Assembly (NCBI GenBank): GCA_050010655.1
Contig: JBEKKP010000016.1
Span: 5,336-69,335 of the forward strand
Source: Candidatus Dormibacteria bacterium
GTDB lineage: Bacteria; Chloroflexota; Dormibacteria; Aeolococcales; Aeolococcaceae
DNA: 64,000 bases
Reading direction: 5' to 3'
Shown here piece after piece: positions 39,931 to 49,398 of the stretch (the first letter of the stretch is position 1; every line of letters starts with the position of its first letter). The notes beneath the pieces were generated by a model. The model saw nothing but the letters and a program-made list of their open reading frames with translations. It searched no databases and was not told the DNA's origin. Both the position numbers and the translations under genes were made by a program.

Positions 39931-41489
39931 GCGCGCCCTCCCGGATTGCTTTTCGATCCTGTCCGGCTCTGCGGCGCGGCGGCGGACCCACCGTGGAGCG
40001 TTGACGAGGCGACGACTGTTCGGTAGTGCTCGTACAGTGGCGTGTATCTGTCGTGATTGGCCATATCCGGCTCGATCGCCGGGTCGGGGCGGCAGGCCAC
40101 GGCAACCGCGGACGCCGCGTCCGTGTAGACGCCGACACCGATGCCTGCGAGCATCGCGACACCGGACGTGGTCGCGTCACCGGCGACACGCGACACGGGG
40201 ATCCCGAGCACGTCCGCCTTGATGTGATTCCACGTGTCCAGGGACGCCGGCCGGCCCGAGACGCGCATCTCGGTTGCGCGTGTCGTGGACTTGCCGAGAC
40301 TGTCCACGTGGGCACGAATCGCGAAGGCCACGCCCTCCATCACTGCTCGTGCGAGCGCACTCCTGTCATGACGGACCGACAGGCCGATCGCCGCGCCGCG
40401 CAACGTCGGATCGTCGCGTTCGCCATCGCCGAGGACCGCGACGAACGTGAGGCCGTCGGACCCTGGCGCGACTGCCGACGTTTCACGATCGAGTTGCTCG
40501 AAATCCGCCGCGCGGAGACGCCCGCTGCGACCGCCGTACGTCAATGTTGCGAGCCAGTCGAGTGCCTCACCCGCGGTGTTGATGCCGACCTCGGTCACAT
40601 AACCCTCGGGATCGACCGCGCTCGGGTAGTGGGTCACCGCCAGATCCGGGGTCGGCTCGCTGACCACGGTGTTGATGCACGTGGAACTTCCCGCCATCTC
40701 GCTCACGGGACCGGGCGACGTGACACCGGCGCCGAGTGCGCAGGCGATGCTGTCGCCGGCACCCGCGACCACAGGAATCGACGTCGACAGTCCGAAGCGA
40801 CGCACGAGCGCGGGCCTGAGCGTGCCCACGACGCTCCACGACGGATACGGAACAGGCAGTTGGGACATCTCGAGACCCACGTACTCAACGAGCCCCCGAG
40901 CCCACCGCCGTTCGCGGAGATTGAGCAGCGCGCTTGCTGCGGCCATCGACCAGTCGGTGACGGCTTCGCCGGTGAGCGTCAGCGCAATGAGCTCGGTTGG
41001 TTGCACGAACAGCCGGGTCGCTCTGAAGACGTCAGGCTCGTTGGCGCGAATCCAGAGAATCTTCGCGGCCACGTGAAAAGCGGCAGGCACGTGACCGGTC
41101 AACGTATGCAGCGCTTCCGCGCCGAACGCCGCGTTGAGCGTCTCGGCTTCCGCGACGGCGCGGTTGTCGCGATAGATGAGCCCCGGACGGAGCGGTGTGC
41201 CGTGCTCGTCGAGTGGGACGACTGAGGGGCACTGGCCGGTGAGCCCGATGGCATGGATGGTGTGGCGTTCGCCGAGCTGCTTGATGAGTGCGCCCAGCGC
41301 CGACAATGACGACGACCTCCAGCTCGAGGCGTCCTGCTCCGCCCATCCGTCACGCGGCGTGCTCGTGGCGTACGGCCGGCGCACTTCCACCAGCATGGTT
41401 CCCGCGGTGTCGTACGCGGTTGCGCGAGCGCCTGACGTGCCGACGTCAATGGACACGAGCGTATCGGTCTGCTGCGTGGACGTTGCCAC
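39927..41489 (-). CDS. FGGY-family carbohydrate kinase (xylulokinase-like); start inferred at GTG 41489
   Basis: LVSIDVGTSGARATAYD N-terminal FGGY motif and C-terminal FGGY domain. The 130-aa Arg-rich extension to 41900 overlaps the upstream gene and was discounted. Confidence 0.8.
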   Translation of the reverse strand: MATSTQQTDTLVSIDVGTSGARATAYDTAGTMLVEVRRPYATSTPRDGWAEQDASSWRSSSLSALGALIKQLGERHTIHAIGLTGQCPSVVPLDEHGTPLRPGLIYRDNRAVAEAETLNAAFGAEALHTLTGHVPAAFHVAAKILWIRANEPDVFRATRLFVQPTELIALTLTGEAVTDWSMAAASALLNLRERRWARGLVEYVGLEMSQLPVPYPSWSVVGTLRPALVRRFGLSTSIPVVAGAGDSIACALGAGVTSPGPVSEMAGSSTCINTVVSEPTPDLAVTHYPSAVDPEGYVTEVGINTAGEALDWLATLTYGGRSGRLRAADFEQLDRETSAVAPGSDGLTFVAVLGDGERDDPTLRGAAIGLSVRHDRSALARAVMEGVAFAIRAHVDSLGKSTTRATEMRVSGRPASLDTWNHIKADVLGIPVSRVAGDATTSGVAMLAGIGVGVYTDAASAVAVACRPDPAIEPDMANHDRYTPLYEHYRTVVASSTLHGGSAAAPQSRTGSKSNPGGRA

Positions 41490-41494
41490 TCCGG

Positions 41495-42445
41495 TTACCC
41501 GCGGACCAGCTGCTGTGCCTTGACCTTGTCGCCGTCGAGGGTGATGAGCGCGCCGTTGAGCGCTCCCGTCGAATAGTCGCTGCCGGGGTTGAGGACGACT
41601 GTCCTGCCGATGCGCCGGATGCCCGAGGACTCGTGGATGTGGCCGTGCAGCCCCAGCAATGGCTGATAGGTCTGCTCGGCGTCTCGCACCGCAGTGCTCC
41701 CAACGGCGGCCATCTGCACCTGACCAAGCGAGGCTTGCACCGTGAGTGTCGCGTCGAGGAGTGGCGCCTCGTCCAGCTGTGTGCCGTAGGGCGGCGCGTG
41801 CAGGTTGAAGACGGCGCGCTCGGGATGTTCCAGCTTGGGCACCATGGCGTCGATCGAGGCGCGCAGGTGCGTCTCGTCCTGCTCGCGGTAGGTGTGCCAC
41901 GGCGTCACGTTCGAGTAGCCGCAGCTGATCATCTCGTGCTCGTCATCAAGCCACACCACCTTGCCCTCGCCGTGCGTCCCCCACGGGGCAGTGTCGAGCA
42001 GGGCACCGAGCTCCTCTGGGTCGTCATTGCCCAGCATGAAGTGGAGCGGGATGCCAAGCGGCCGGAGCCGCGCATCCGCAAGCTCGAGCCACTCGGTGAG
42101 CCGCTCGCGCATCCTCTCGAGAAAGAGGTCGTCGAGACCGCCGGCCGCCTCCTTGGCTTCGAGCTCCCCCGGATCCGCACGCACCGCGTAATACCCGTGA
42201 TCGGCAATCAGCTTCTCCAGGGCGGTCAACTCGGGCCCTTCGACGACGTCGTAGTCGGTGCCGATGAAGCGGCACTTCCAGTGACCGCCCGGTGCCCGCA
42301 CGATCGACTGGATTGCCTTGCCGGCGACGTCGCCGCCGAGGATCATCACCTTCGCCTCGTAGATTTTCGCTGCGTTGATGAACTTGCGGAAGCACACGCT
42401 CGACCCGTGCAGGTCGCTGACAAAATAGATCCGCGTTTTGGCCAT
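41495..42445 (-). CDS. Metallophosphoesterase (calcineurin-like)
   Basis: IYFVSDLHGS, GGDVAGK, GNDD, LHAPP, GHIHE metal-ligand motifs. Confidence 0.8.
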   Translation of the reverse strand: MAKTRIYFVSDLHGSSVCFRKFINAAKIYEAKVMILGGDVAGKAIQSIVRAPGGHWKCRFIGTDYDVVEGPELTALEKLIADHGYYAVRADPGELEAKEAAGGLDDLFLERMRERLTEWLELADARLRPLGIPLHFMLGNDDPEELGALLDTAPWGTHGEGKVVWLDDEHEMISCGYSNVTPWHTYREQDETHLRASIDAMVPKLEHPERAVFNLHAPPYGTQLDEAPLLDATLTVQASLGQVQMAAVGSTAVRDAEQTYQPLLGLHGHIHESSGIRRIGRTVVLNPGSDYSTGALNGALITLDGDKVKAQQLVRG

Positions 42446-42446
42446 G

Positions 42447-43265
42447 TCAGGCGGGAACCGCGGCTGCGCGGGCGCGCTGCACTGCGCTCATGAATCGCCC
42501 GGCGCGTTCCGGGTCGACCGGGTTCCACGTGACGCCGTCGCGCTTCAGGCTGGTGCCGACGAAGACGCCGTCGGCGATGGCGAGAATCTCGTCAACCGTC
42601 TCCTCGCGAACGCCGGTGTTGGCGAGCACCGGCATCTGGGGAACCGCGTCCTTGGCCTCGGCGAGTTCCGAGATGTGCGTTGCCGTTCCGGTGAGTTGCC
42701 CGCTGATGAGGATCGCGTCGACGCCGAGATAGGCGGCGCTCTGTGCCCGCGCAGCGATCGAGCGACTGCCGACGCTGCTCGCGAACTCCGGCGTGATGTT
42801 GCTGAACATCGCGACCCCGGCGGCGCCGATCTGTTCACGATAGGCGGCGATCGCCCCGAAGTCGGGTTGCATCATCCCGAGGTCACTCTCGAAGACACCG
42901 GTGAAGACCTCGCGGACGAAGGAAGCCCCAGTTGCTCGCGCGACGGCGAGGCTTGCCATCGGGTCCCAGACGAGGTCAACGCCGAAAGGCCGAGTGATCA
43001 GGTCGCGCACCTGGCCGATGACCGCGGCCATCCCCGCGGCGACTTCGGGTCCAACCTGCATCTGGTAGGGGAGGTCTGCTTCGTTGCAGAAGAGGAAGCC
43101 GTCGACCCCTGCCGCCTGCAGCGATTCGAGGTCGCGTTCCACGGTTTCGACCAGGTGCCGCATCCCGAGCGATCGGTCGTGACGCGGGCGGCCGGGCATG
43201 GCGGGGAGGTGCAGCATCGCGATGATCGGCTTGTCAACGCCGAAGATCCGCCGGAGCAGGGTCAC
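42447..43265 (-). CDS. BtpA/SgcQ-family TIM-barrel protein (paralog 2)
   Basis: 272-aa product colinear with 37374-38189 (PIIAMLHLPAMPGRPRH...GVDGFLFCNEADLPY...). Confidence 0.8.
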   Translation of the reverse strand: MTLLRRIFGVDKPIIAMLHLPAMPGRPRHDRSLGMRHLVETVERDLESLQAAGVDGFLFCNEADLPYQMQVGPEVAAGMAAVIGQVRDLITRPFGVDLVWDPMASLAVARATGASFVREVFTGVFESDLGMMQPDFGAIAAYREQIGAAGVAMFSNITPEFASSVGSRSIAARAQSAAYLGVDAILISGQLTGTATHISELAEAKDAVPQMPVLANTGVREETVDEILAIADGVFVGTSLKRDGVTWNPVDPERAGRFMSAVQRARAAAVPA

Positions 43266-44092
43266 GCCGGCCTGCGAACGTCAGTGAGTCGCGCGCGGCC
43301 GTTCTCGGTGCCGCGAACCAGTGCCGGGTCGGCGCCGGCGATCACCACGTCGATGCCGGCCTGTTCGATGCGCTCGATCTCCTCGGCATCGGCGCTGATG
43401 TCGGTCACCACCGTCGAGACCTGCTCGATCGGCACCACCGTGCTCATCGCGACCGCGCCGAACTTCGAGCCGTCGGCAATCACGATGATCCGTTCCGTGC
43501 GCTCGAGGCCGCCCCGGATCACGTCGGCGTCGCGGTCGTCGAGTTCGGTGATGCCACGACGCGCCGAGAGGCCGGCTGCGCCGATCACTGCCGTGTCGGT
43601 GTTGTAGCGGCGGACGGCCTCGACCGCGGAGGCACCGATACACGTCAACTCATCCTGGCGCACAAGGCCGCCGGCGATGATGACCCGGACATTGCGTGTG
43701 CCGAGCAGGCTCGCCACCGCGAGCGATGGGGTGATCACCATCAGGTCGTCGCGCACGGGGAGCAGCCGGGCGAAATGTTCGACCGTGGTTCCGATGCCGA
43801 GGAACATCGCGCGGACGCCGACCGTGAGTTCCGCGGCGCGCTTGGCGATGAGCCGCTTCTCGCGCGCGTGGTGCAAGGTGCGTGCGTTGGCGCCGACTTC
43901 GAAGCTACGGACAAGATGTGTCGTGGCGCCCCCATAGGTTCTGCGGACGAAACCGTCGCGTTCGAGGCGGCGAAGATCGCGCCGGATCGTCATCTCCGAG
44001 ACCTGGAAATCGCGCGCAAGAGTCCCGACCTCGATGGCCTGATCCTCTGCGACCCGCTCGAGGACCTTCAAGCGCCGCTCGACGGCTAACAC
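43262..44092 (-). CDS. DeoR/GlpR-family transcriptional regulator
   Basis: N-terminal HTH (LKVLERVAEDQAIEVGTLARDFQVSEMTIRRDLRRLE) and DeoR C-terminal sugar-phosphate sensor domain. First gene of the minus-strand sugar operon. Confidence 0.88.
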   Translation of the reverse strand: MLAVERRLKVLERVAEDQAIEVGTLARDFQVSEMTIRRDLRRLERDGFVRRTYGGATTHLVRSFEVGANARTLHHAREKRLIAKRAAELTVGVRAMFLGIGTTVEHFARLLPVRDDLMVITPSLAVASLLGTRNVRVIIAGGLVRQDELTCIGASAVEAVRRYNTDTAVIGAAGLSARRGITELDDRDADVIRGGLERTERIIVIADGSKFGAVAMSTVVPIEQVSTVVTDISADAEEIERIEQAGIDVVIAGADPALVRGTENGRARLTDVRRPA

Positions 44093-44167
44093 CTTGCGGC
44101 TCCTCCTCCGTGTGACTCTGCGCCATTCTGTCGGGTCTTGACCGGAAGTTGTCCCTCCGTGTCAGTG

Positions 44168-44236
44168 GGCCTCTTGACACTCGTGTTCGATTGTGTTCAA
44201 ACTCTGCCTGTTTCCGACGCGAGTGTCAAGTTGGGG
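44168..44236. promoter_or_regulatory. Divergent promoter/operator region: 11-bp perfect inverted repeat CTTGACACTCG (44173-44183) ... CGAGTGTCAAG (44220-44230), each arm containing a TTGACA -35-like hexamer on its own strand; a third CTTGAC copy lies at 44148-44153
   Basis: Read directly from the sequence. Located between the deoR-family gene (minus) and the APC permease gene (plus). Confidence 0.5.
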
Positions 44237-44259
44237 GTGCGACGCACCCTCGGAGGGTT

Positions 44260-45882
44260 GCAATGGCAAGCGCGAGCAGGCTTTTCGTACGCAACAGCAC
44301 CGGGCTGGTGCGCTCCGCGTCGGCAGTCGATGCAACCATCTTCAACGCGGTCATCTCCGCACCGGTCGGGTCGACGATCGCCTACTCGATCTTCTTTGCG
44401 CTGGTCGCATTCCCCGGCGCTGACGTCGTCGGAGTGTTGATCCTCGTCGCGATCATCAACATCCCGGTCCTGATCATGTTCGCCCTCCTCGGCGCGAGCA
44501 TGCCGAGGGTTGGCGGTGACTACGTCTGGGTCAGTCGAGTGCTGTCGCCGCCGCTGGCGCTCATCTCCAATCTCTGCATGATCATGGGCGGCCTGCTCGG
44601 GGCTGCCTTCTTCGCGAAGTTCTTCTCAGTGCTCGCGCTCGGCCCTGTGCTCGTTGCGCTGGGAGCGATCTTCAGCAACAGCCACTTCATAGATTGGGGA
44701 AACGCGTTCCAGACCAACAACGGCTGGATCCTGGGCGCCTCACTCTTCATGGTCGTGCTGCAGACGATCATCCTGATCAGCGGCACCAAGGCAACGTTCC
44801 GCTGGCAGAACTACTCGTTCATCATCGCAATGGCCGGCACGCTGGTGGCGTTCGTCGTACTCCTCCTCGGCAGCCAGGGCGACTTCTTCTCGCACTTCGA
44901 TGCGCTCAACAAGAGCTTTGGCGGTGGGAACGTCGCTGCGGTGATCGCGGGCGCGCCTGGGGCTGCCGCGGCAGCGCCAAGCTTCTGGAACGCCAGCGCC
45001 ACCCTGCCAACACTCTTCTCGATCCAGGGTTTCATGATGTGGAACTTCTGGTCCGTGTACATGTCTGGCGAGTTGAAGAGCGCCTCCAACCGCCGCCGTC
45101 AGCTGTCGGTCATGTTCGGAGCACTGGGATGGGACACCGTCCTGCTCGTGATCGGCGTGCTGCTCCTCTTCCGCGTCGCCGGCTACAACTTCGTGTACGC
45201 GCTGAACGACGCGAGCAGCGCGTACCACATCCCGTCAGGACCGTTCTATCCCTTCCTCGCGGCGCTCGTCTTCAATACGCCGATCCTGACGATCATCATC
45301 ATGGGCTCGTTCCTGTTCTGGTCATTGCCGTCGATGATCGCGAACACGTTCATGCCGATCAGGTCGTTCTTCGCATGGTCGTTCGACCGGCTCATGCCGG
45401 AGAGCCTCGCGAATGTCAACGAGCGGACTCACTCACCGGTCAACGCGATCATCGTCACCAACGTGATCATCGCGGCGCTGGTGATCTGGAGTGTCGTCGG
45501 GAATCAGTTCCAACTGGTCCTCGGTCTGATCGTGCTGGCCGGCGCGCTCGCGGTCATCATTGTCGGGGTAGCGGCAATCGCCCTACCGATACGACGGCCC
45601 GACCTCTATCAAGCGTCGCCGGCGAACGTCAAATTCCTCGGCGTGCCGTTGCTCTACATCACCGGCGTGCTGTCGATCGCGGAGTTCGTCGGCATCATCG
45701 CGATCTCCTTCATCAACCCGCTGTCGGTCATGAACGGCAACCGCGCCGACTGGTGGTGGATTCCAGCGTGGCTTATCGGTCTGATCCTTGGTGGCGCGCT
45801 CCTCTATTACATCCCGCGCGCGATCCGCGCAGGGCAGGGCGTGAACATCAGCTACGTGTACAAGGAACTCCCGCCGGAGTGA
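44260..45882 (+). CDS. APC-superfamily amino acid/polyamine permease (start inferred at Met 44260)
   Basis: 12-TM APC-type permease. The ORF extension back to 44149 was discounted. Confidence 0.8.
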   Translation, partial: AMASASRLFVRNSTGLVRSASAVDATIFNAVISAPVGSTIAYSIFFALVAFPGADVVGVLILVAIINIPVLIMFALLGASMPRVGGDYVWVSRVLSPPLALISNLCMIMGGLLGAAFFAKFFSVLALGPVLVALGAIFSNSHFIDWGNAFQTNNGWILGASLFMVVLQTIILISGTKATFRWQNYSFIIAMAGTLVAFVVLLLGSQGDFFSHFDALNKSFGGGNVAAVIAGAPGAAAAAPSFWNASATLPTLFSIQGFMMWNFWSVYMSGELKSASNRRRQLSVMFGALGWDTVLLVIGVLLLFRVAGYNFVYALNDASSAYHIPSGPFYPFLAALVFNTPILTIIIMGSFLFWSLPSMIANTFMPIRSFFAWSFDRLMPESLANVNERTHSPVNAIIVTNVIIAALVIWSVVGNQFQLVLGLIVLAGALAVIIVGVAAIALPIRRPDLYQASPANVKFLGVPLLYITGVLSIAEFVGIIAISFINPLSVMNGNRADWWWIPAWLIGLILGGALLYYIPRAIRAGQGVNISYVYKELPPE

Positions 45883-45889
45883 CTCCACT

Positions 45890-46714
45890 GTGCCCCTGGT
45901 TGGAAGGGCGGTCGGTGATCCCACCGGCCGCCCTTACTATGTCCTCATGACAGCAGACGAGACGCCGATCCTCGCCGACATACGCGAGGAGGCGAAGCGG
46001 CTTGCGGGCGTTGCGGTGAGCCTTGGTCTTTCCGCGCGGCTCATCGGCGGGCTGGCCATCTGGCTGCGCTGTCCGAGCGTGCACGACGGACCGTTCGCGC
46101 GCTCATATCAGGACATGGACTTTGCGATCACCTCAGCGGCGAGCACGAAGTTCAAGGCGTTGTTGATGACGCAGGGATATCTCCCGGATCAGTTCTTCAA
46201 CGGACTGCACGGTGCGACACGCTTGTACTACGGCGAGCCGCAAGGGCGATGGTCGATCGATGTCGTCATCAATGAACTCGTGATGTCGCACAAGCTCGAT
46301 CTGCGCGACCGCCTCGACGGCGCCGCCACAACCATCCCGCTCGCGGACCTGCTGCTCACGAAGCTGCAGGTGTGGGAGATCAACCGCAAGGATCTCGGAG
46401 ACACCGCCTGCCTGCTCGCCGATCACGGGCTCAGCGAGGACGACGCCGACACAGACGGCATCAGCCTCCCCAGACTGCGCGCTGTGCTCGGCAAGGACTG
46501 GGGCTTCTGTCACACCGTCGATCGCAACGCGCAGAAGGTCGCGGAACTGTGGGCGCAGGAGCCCGTGCCGGGCGCGACGCACGATGTGGCAGCGCAGGTC
46601 AGCACGCTGCGTCAGGCGATCGAGGATGCCCCGAAGTCCACGGCGTGGAAGCTCCGAGCCCGAGTTGGCGAGCGCATCCGCTGGTACGAGACGCCCGAGG
46701 AAGTCAAGCACTGA
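45890..46714 (+). CDS. Hypothetical protein (possible nucleotidyltransferase-like fold); start uncertain
   Basis: 274-aa ORF with good coding character, 8 nt after the permease stop. No confident family. Confidence 0.45.
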   Translation: MPLVGRAVGDPTGRPYYVLMTADETPILADIREEAKRLAGVAVSLGLSARLIGGLAIWLRCPSVHDGPFARSYQDMDFAITSAASTKFKALLMTQGYLPDQFFNGLHGATRLYYGEPQGRWSIDVVINELVMSHKLDLRDRLDGAATTIPLADLLLTKLQVWEINRKDLGDTACLLADHGLSEDDADTDGISLPRLRAVLGKDWGFCHTVDRNAQKVAELWAQEPVPGATHDVAAQVSTLRQAIEDAPKSTAWKLRARVGERIRWYETPEEVKH

Positions 46715-46743
46715 CTCTGCCGGCCCGGCACTAGACTTCCATC

Positions 46744-47160
46744 GTGCCTCACACCAGCGCCGCGTTTGTCATCGACTCGCAGGTTCCCCACACGCTCGCA
46801 TTCGCGTCCCAGACGGATGTCGCCTACGGGGGCATGACCCTCGCCAAGACGTTCACCGGCGCGATCGAGGGGACGAGCACCACGGAAATGCTGTACACGC
46901 GCACGCCGGGACCGGACGGATCGTTCGCCGGCGCCGGGTACGTCGCCCTGGAACGCATCTCAGGCATCATCGACGGCCATGACGGCAGCTTCGCGCTGCT
47001 GCACATCTCGACCGTCATCGGCAACGAGCCGCCGCTGAGCCGGTATCTCATCTCGCCCGGATCGGGAACCGGCGCCCTTGCCGGGATGTCCGGCGTTGGG
47101 CTGATCACCATCGACGACGACGGTTCGCACACGCTGCATCTCGACTACGAGCTGGGGTGA
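46744..47160 (+). CDS. DUF3224-family protein
   Basis: 138-aa product with the FTGAIEG...M pattern reminiscent of DUF3224. Confidence 0.5.
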   Translation: MPHTSAAFVIDSQVPHTLAFASQTDVAYGGMTLAKTFTGAIEGTSTTEMLYTRTPGPDGSFAGAGYVALERISGIIDGHDGSFALLHISTVIGNEPPLSRYLISPGSGTGALAGMSGVGLITIDDDGSHTLHLDYELG

Positions 47161-47741
47161 TGTCCGCACTCGACGCGGACGACATCAGCATCCTCCCGCC
47201 GGATCTCCCGGTTCCAGTCGATGACGGCGCCTGTGATCACCTCCCCGGAATGCGCCTGCCCGCGATCCCGCTTCACGCCACGAGTGGCCACGACGTGGTG
47301 CTGGCGAGCCTTCCCGGATGGACCGTCGTGTACACGTATCCGCGCACCGGTGAGGACGGACTCGCACCTCCACCGGGTTGGAACGAGATACCAGGTGCCC
47401 GAGGATGCACGCCGCAGACGTGCGGATTCCGCGATCACTACCGCGAGCTGACGGAACTCGGCGCCGCGGTGTTCGGCTTGAGCACGCAGACCTCGGAGTA
47501 TCAGCGCGAGATGGTGCAACGGCTGCACGTGCCCTTCGAGGTGCTCTCCGACGCGGATCTCGCGATGGTGCATGCGCTGCGGCTGCCGACGTTCACCTTC
47601 CGTGAGATGACACTCACGAAGCGGCTCACGATGTTCCTTCGCGACGGCATGATCGAGCACGTGATCTACCCGGTGTTTCCGCCTGATCGCAGCGCTGAGG
47701 CCGCGGTGCGATGGCTCGAGGGGGCGGCGTCATCGACCTGA
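47157..47741 (+). CDS. Redoxin/peroxiredoxin-like thioredoxin-fold protein
   Basis: AhpC/TSA-redoxin-like product with a CTPQTC redox motif. Start GTG 47157 or ATG 47160 overlaps the preceding stop. Confidence 0.65.
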   Translation: MMSALDADDISILPPDLPVPVDDGACDHLPGMRLPAIPLHATSGHDVVLASLPGWTVVYTYPRTGEDGLAPPPGWNEIPGARGCTPQTCGFRDHYRELTELGAAVFGLSTQTSEYQREMVQRLHVPFEVLSDADLAMVHALRLPTFTFREMTLTKRLTMFLRDGMIEHVIYPVFPPDRSAEAAVRWLEGAASST

Positions 47742-48520
47742 GCGGACGCGTCGCGATTGTCACCGGTGGTGCGAGCGGCATCGGGGCTGCGTCGTGCCGC
47801 GCGCTTGCGGCCGCCGGCGCGCACGTCGCGGTCGTCGACCGCGATGCAGAAGGGTGCGTGGCCGTGGCCTCGGAGATCGACGGGATCGCGGTGGTGGCCG
47901 ACGTCAGCAACGAGGCTTCGGTCAACGCGATGGTCGATGGTGTGTCGGCCAGCATGGGTCCCATCGACATCTGCTTCAGCAACGCCGGCATCGCCACCGG
48001 CGCCGACATCCTCAGCACCGACGCGGCGACGTGGAATGAGCAGTGGGCCGTCAACGTGATGGCGCACGTCTACGCGGTCCGCGCCGTTTTGCCCGGGATG
48101 CTCGAACGCGGCTCCGGATACCTCGTGCACACCGCGTCGATGGCAGGCATTCTCACGAGCCACGGCAACGTCACATACGCGACGACGAAGCACGCGGTCG
48201 TCGGGCTCGCGGAGTGGCTCTCGATCACCTATCACCACCGCGGCATTCGCGTGTCACTCATAGCGCCACTCGGGGTGAGCACACCGATGCTGGCGCGCGC
48301 CGATCCTCGCTTCGCCGCTGCGGTGGCGGGACCGATCAAGGATGCGGACTACGTGGCCGGGTTGGTGGTCGACGCGATCCGTGAGGAGCGATTCCTCGTG
48401 GTGTCAGACCCGATCGCCGAGACCTGGATGCAGCGCAAGACCGATGACCCCGAGCGCTGGTTGCGCGGGATGCGCAAGGTGCAGCAGCAACTCGAGGAAG
48501 GGCCGCCGCCGGCGAGTTAG
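47711..48520 (+). CDS. SDR-family short-chain dehydrogenase/reductase
   Basis: TGGASGIG cofactor motif and catalytic YxxxK-type region (..SMAG..Y..TKHAVVGL). Confidence 0.85.
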   Translation: MARGGGVIDLSGRVAIVTGGASGIGAASCRALAAAGAHVAVVDRDAEGCVAVASEIDGIAVVADVSNEASVNAMVDGVSASMGPIDICFSNAGIATGADILSTDAATWNEQWAVNVMAHVYAVRAVLPGMLERGSGYLVHTASMAGILTSHGNVTYATTKHAVVGLAEWLSITYHHRGIRVSLIAPLGVSTPMLARADPRFAAAVAGPIKDADYVAGLVVDAIREERFLVVSDPIAETWMQRKTDDPERWLRGMRKVQQQLEEGPPPAS

Positions 48521-49398
48521 CGCGTCGGCGCGGCGGCGAGTTGCAACACGATGTCGATGTCGACCGTGTACCAGTTCCCGGCGATCCCGTCCGGTGCGGA
48601 CTCCTTCGCGGCATCGTGTGCAGTCAGGTCGCGCGCCAGCGACTGCTTGTAACCGAACACTGCGTCGGTCTCGAGATAGCGGCTCGCGGCATCGAAGACG
48701 TGAGTCGTCACCGTGCGACAGCCGTCGGCTGACACCACGAAGTGGATGTGTGCGGGTCTCCACGGATGGCGGCCGGTTGCGGCCAGCATGCGGCCGACGG
48801 GACCATCGTCGGGAATCGGGTAGTCCACGGGTCGCACGGTCCAGAAGGAGAACGCGCCGTCGCCGCCGGCGCGGAAGCGTCCGCGCAGGTTCTCCGGTGA
48901 TTGTGTGTCGTCCTGCACCGCGTAGAGCATGTTCGGCGCGTTCTGCCACACATCGATGGTCGCGCCGGCGAGCGGCCTGCCCGACGTATCGCGGACGTGA
49001 CCGCTGACGAGGAGCGGATGCGCTCCCAGGTCGTCGGTGATCGCGTCGCCGTTCGACCGCCACGGCGAGTCCGCCACGTAGAACGGGCCGAGCACGGTCG
49101 ACTCCGTTGCGCCGCTTCCGGTGCCGTGATTGACAAGGTCGACGAGCATCGAGAGACCGAGTGTGTCGGAGAGGAGGATGAACTCCTGGCGACGGTCGTC
49201 GCACATGTGCCCGACGTCGGTGAGAAAGCGAATGCCCGCGAACCATTCGGCCTCGGTGAGCCGCTCCTCGGCGGCGAAGGCATGCAGATGCCGGATCAGT
49301 CCGGTCATCAGCGCTCGCAGCCGCGGATCGGGACAGTTGTCCATCCGGTCGATCACCTGCTGCGTCAGCGCAGTCGCGTTTTGGTCGTCGGTCGTCAT
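48517..49398 (-). CDS. Intradiol ring-cleavage dioxygenase (hydroxyquinol/catechol 1,2-dioxygenase-like, single subunit); start at Met5 (49398), which makes an ATGA overlap with the pobA stop
   Basis: Intradiol dioxygenase core (GATIDVWQNAPNMLY...RFRAGGDGAFSFWTVRP..YP...HPWRPAHIHFVV) with the N-terminal helical domain typical of 1,2-CTD/HQD. Confidence 0.8.
   Translation of the reverse strand: MTTDDQNATALTQQVIDRMDNCPDPRLRALMTGLIRHLHAFAAEERLTEAEWFAGIRFLTDVGHMCDDRRQEFILLSDTLGLSMLVDLVNHGTGSGATESTVLGPFYVADSPWRSNGDAITDDLGAHPLLVSGHVRDTSGRPLAGATIDVWQNAPNMLYAVQDDTQSPENLRGRFRAGGDGAFSFWTVRPVDYPIPDDGPVGRMLAATGRHPWRPAHIHFVVSADGCRTVTTHVFDAASRYLETDAVFGYKQSLARDLTAHDAAKESAPDGIAGNWYTVDIDIVLQLAAAPTR

Noticed and set aside
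41490-41900. 130-aa Arg-rich N-terminal extension of the FGGY kinase ORF
   Set aside because: It overlaps the upstream metallophosphoesterase gene. The FGGY N-terminal motif starts ~11 residues after GTG 41489. The same reasoning trims the LivM-like, LivH-like, LivF-like, pobA, paaB, paaD, paaE, DDN-family and pcaH ORF extensions.
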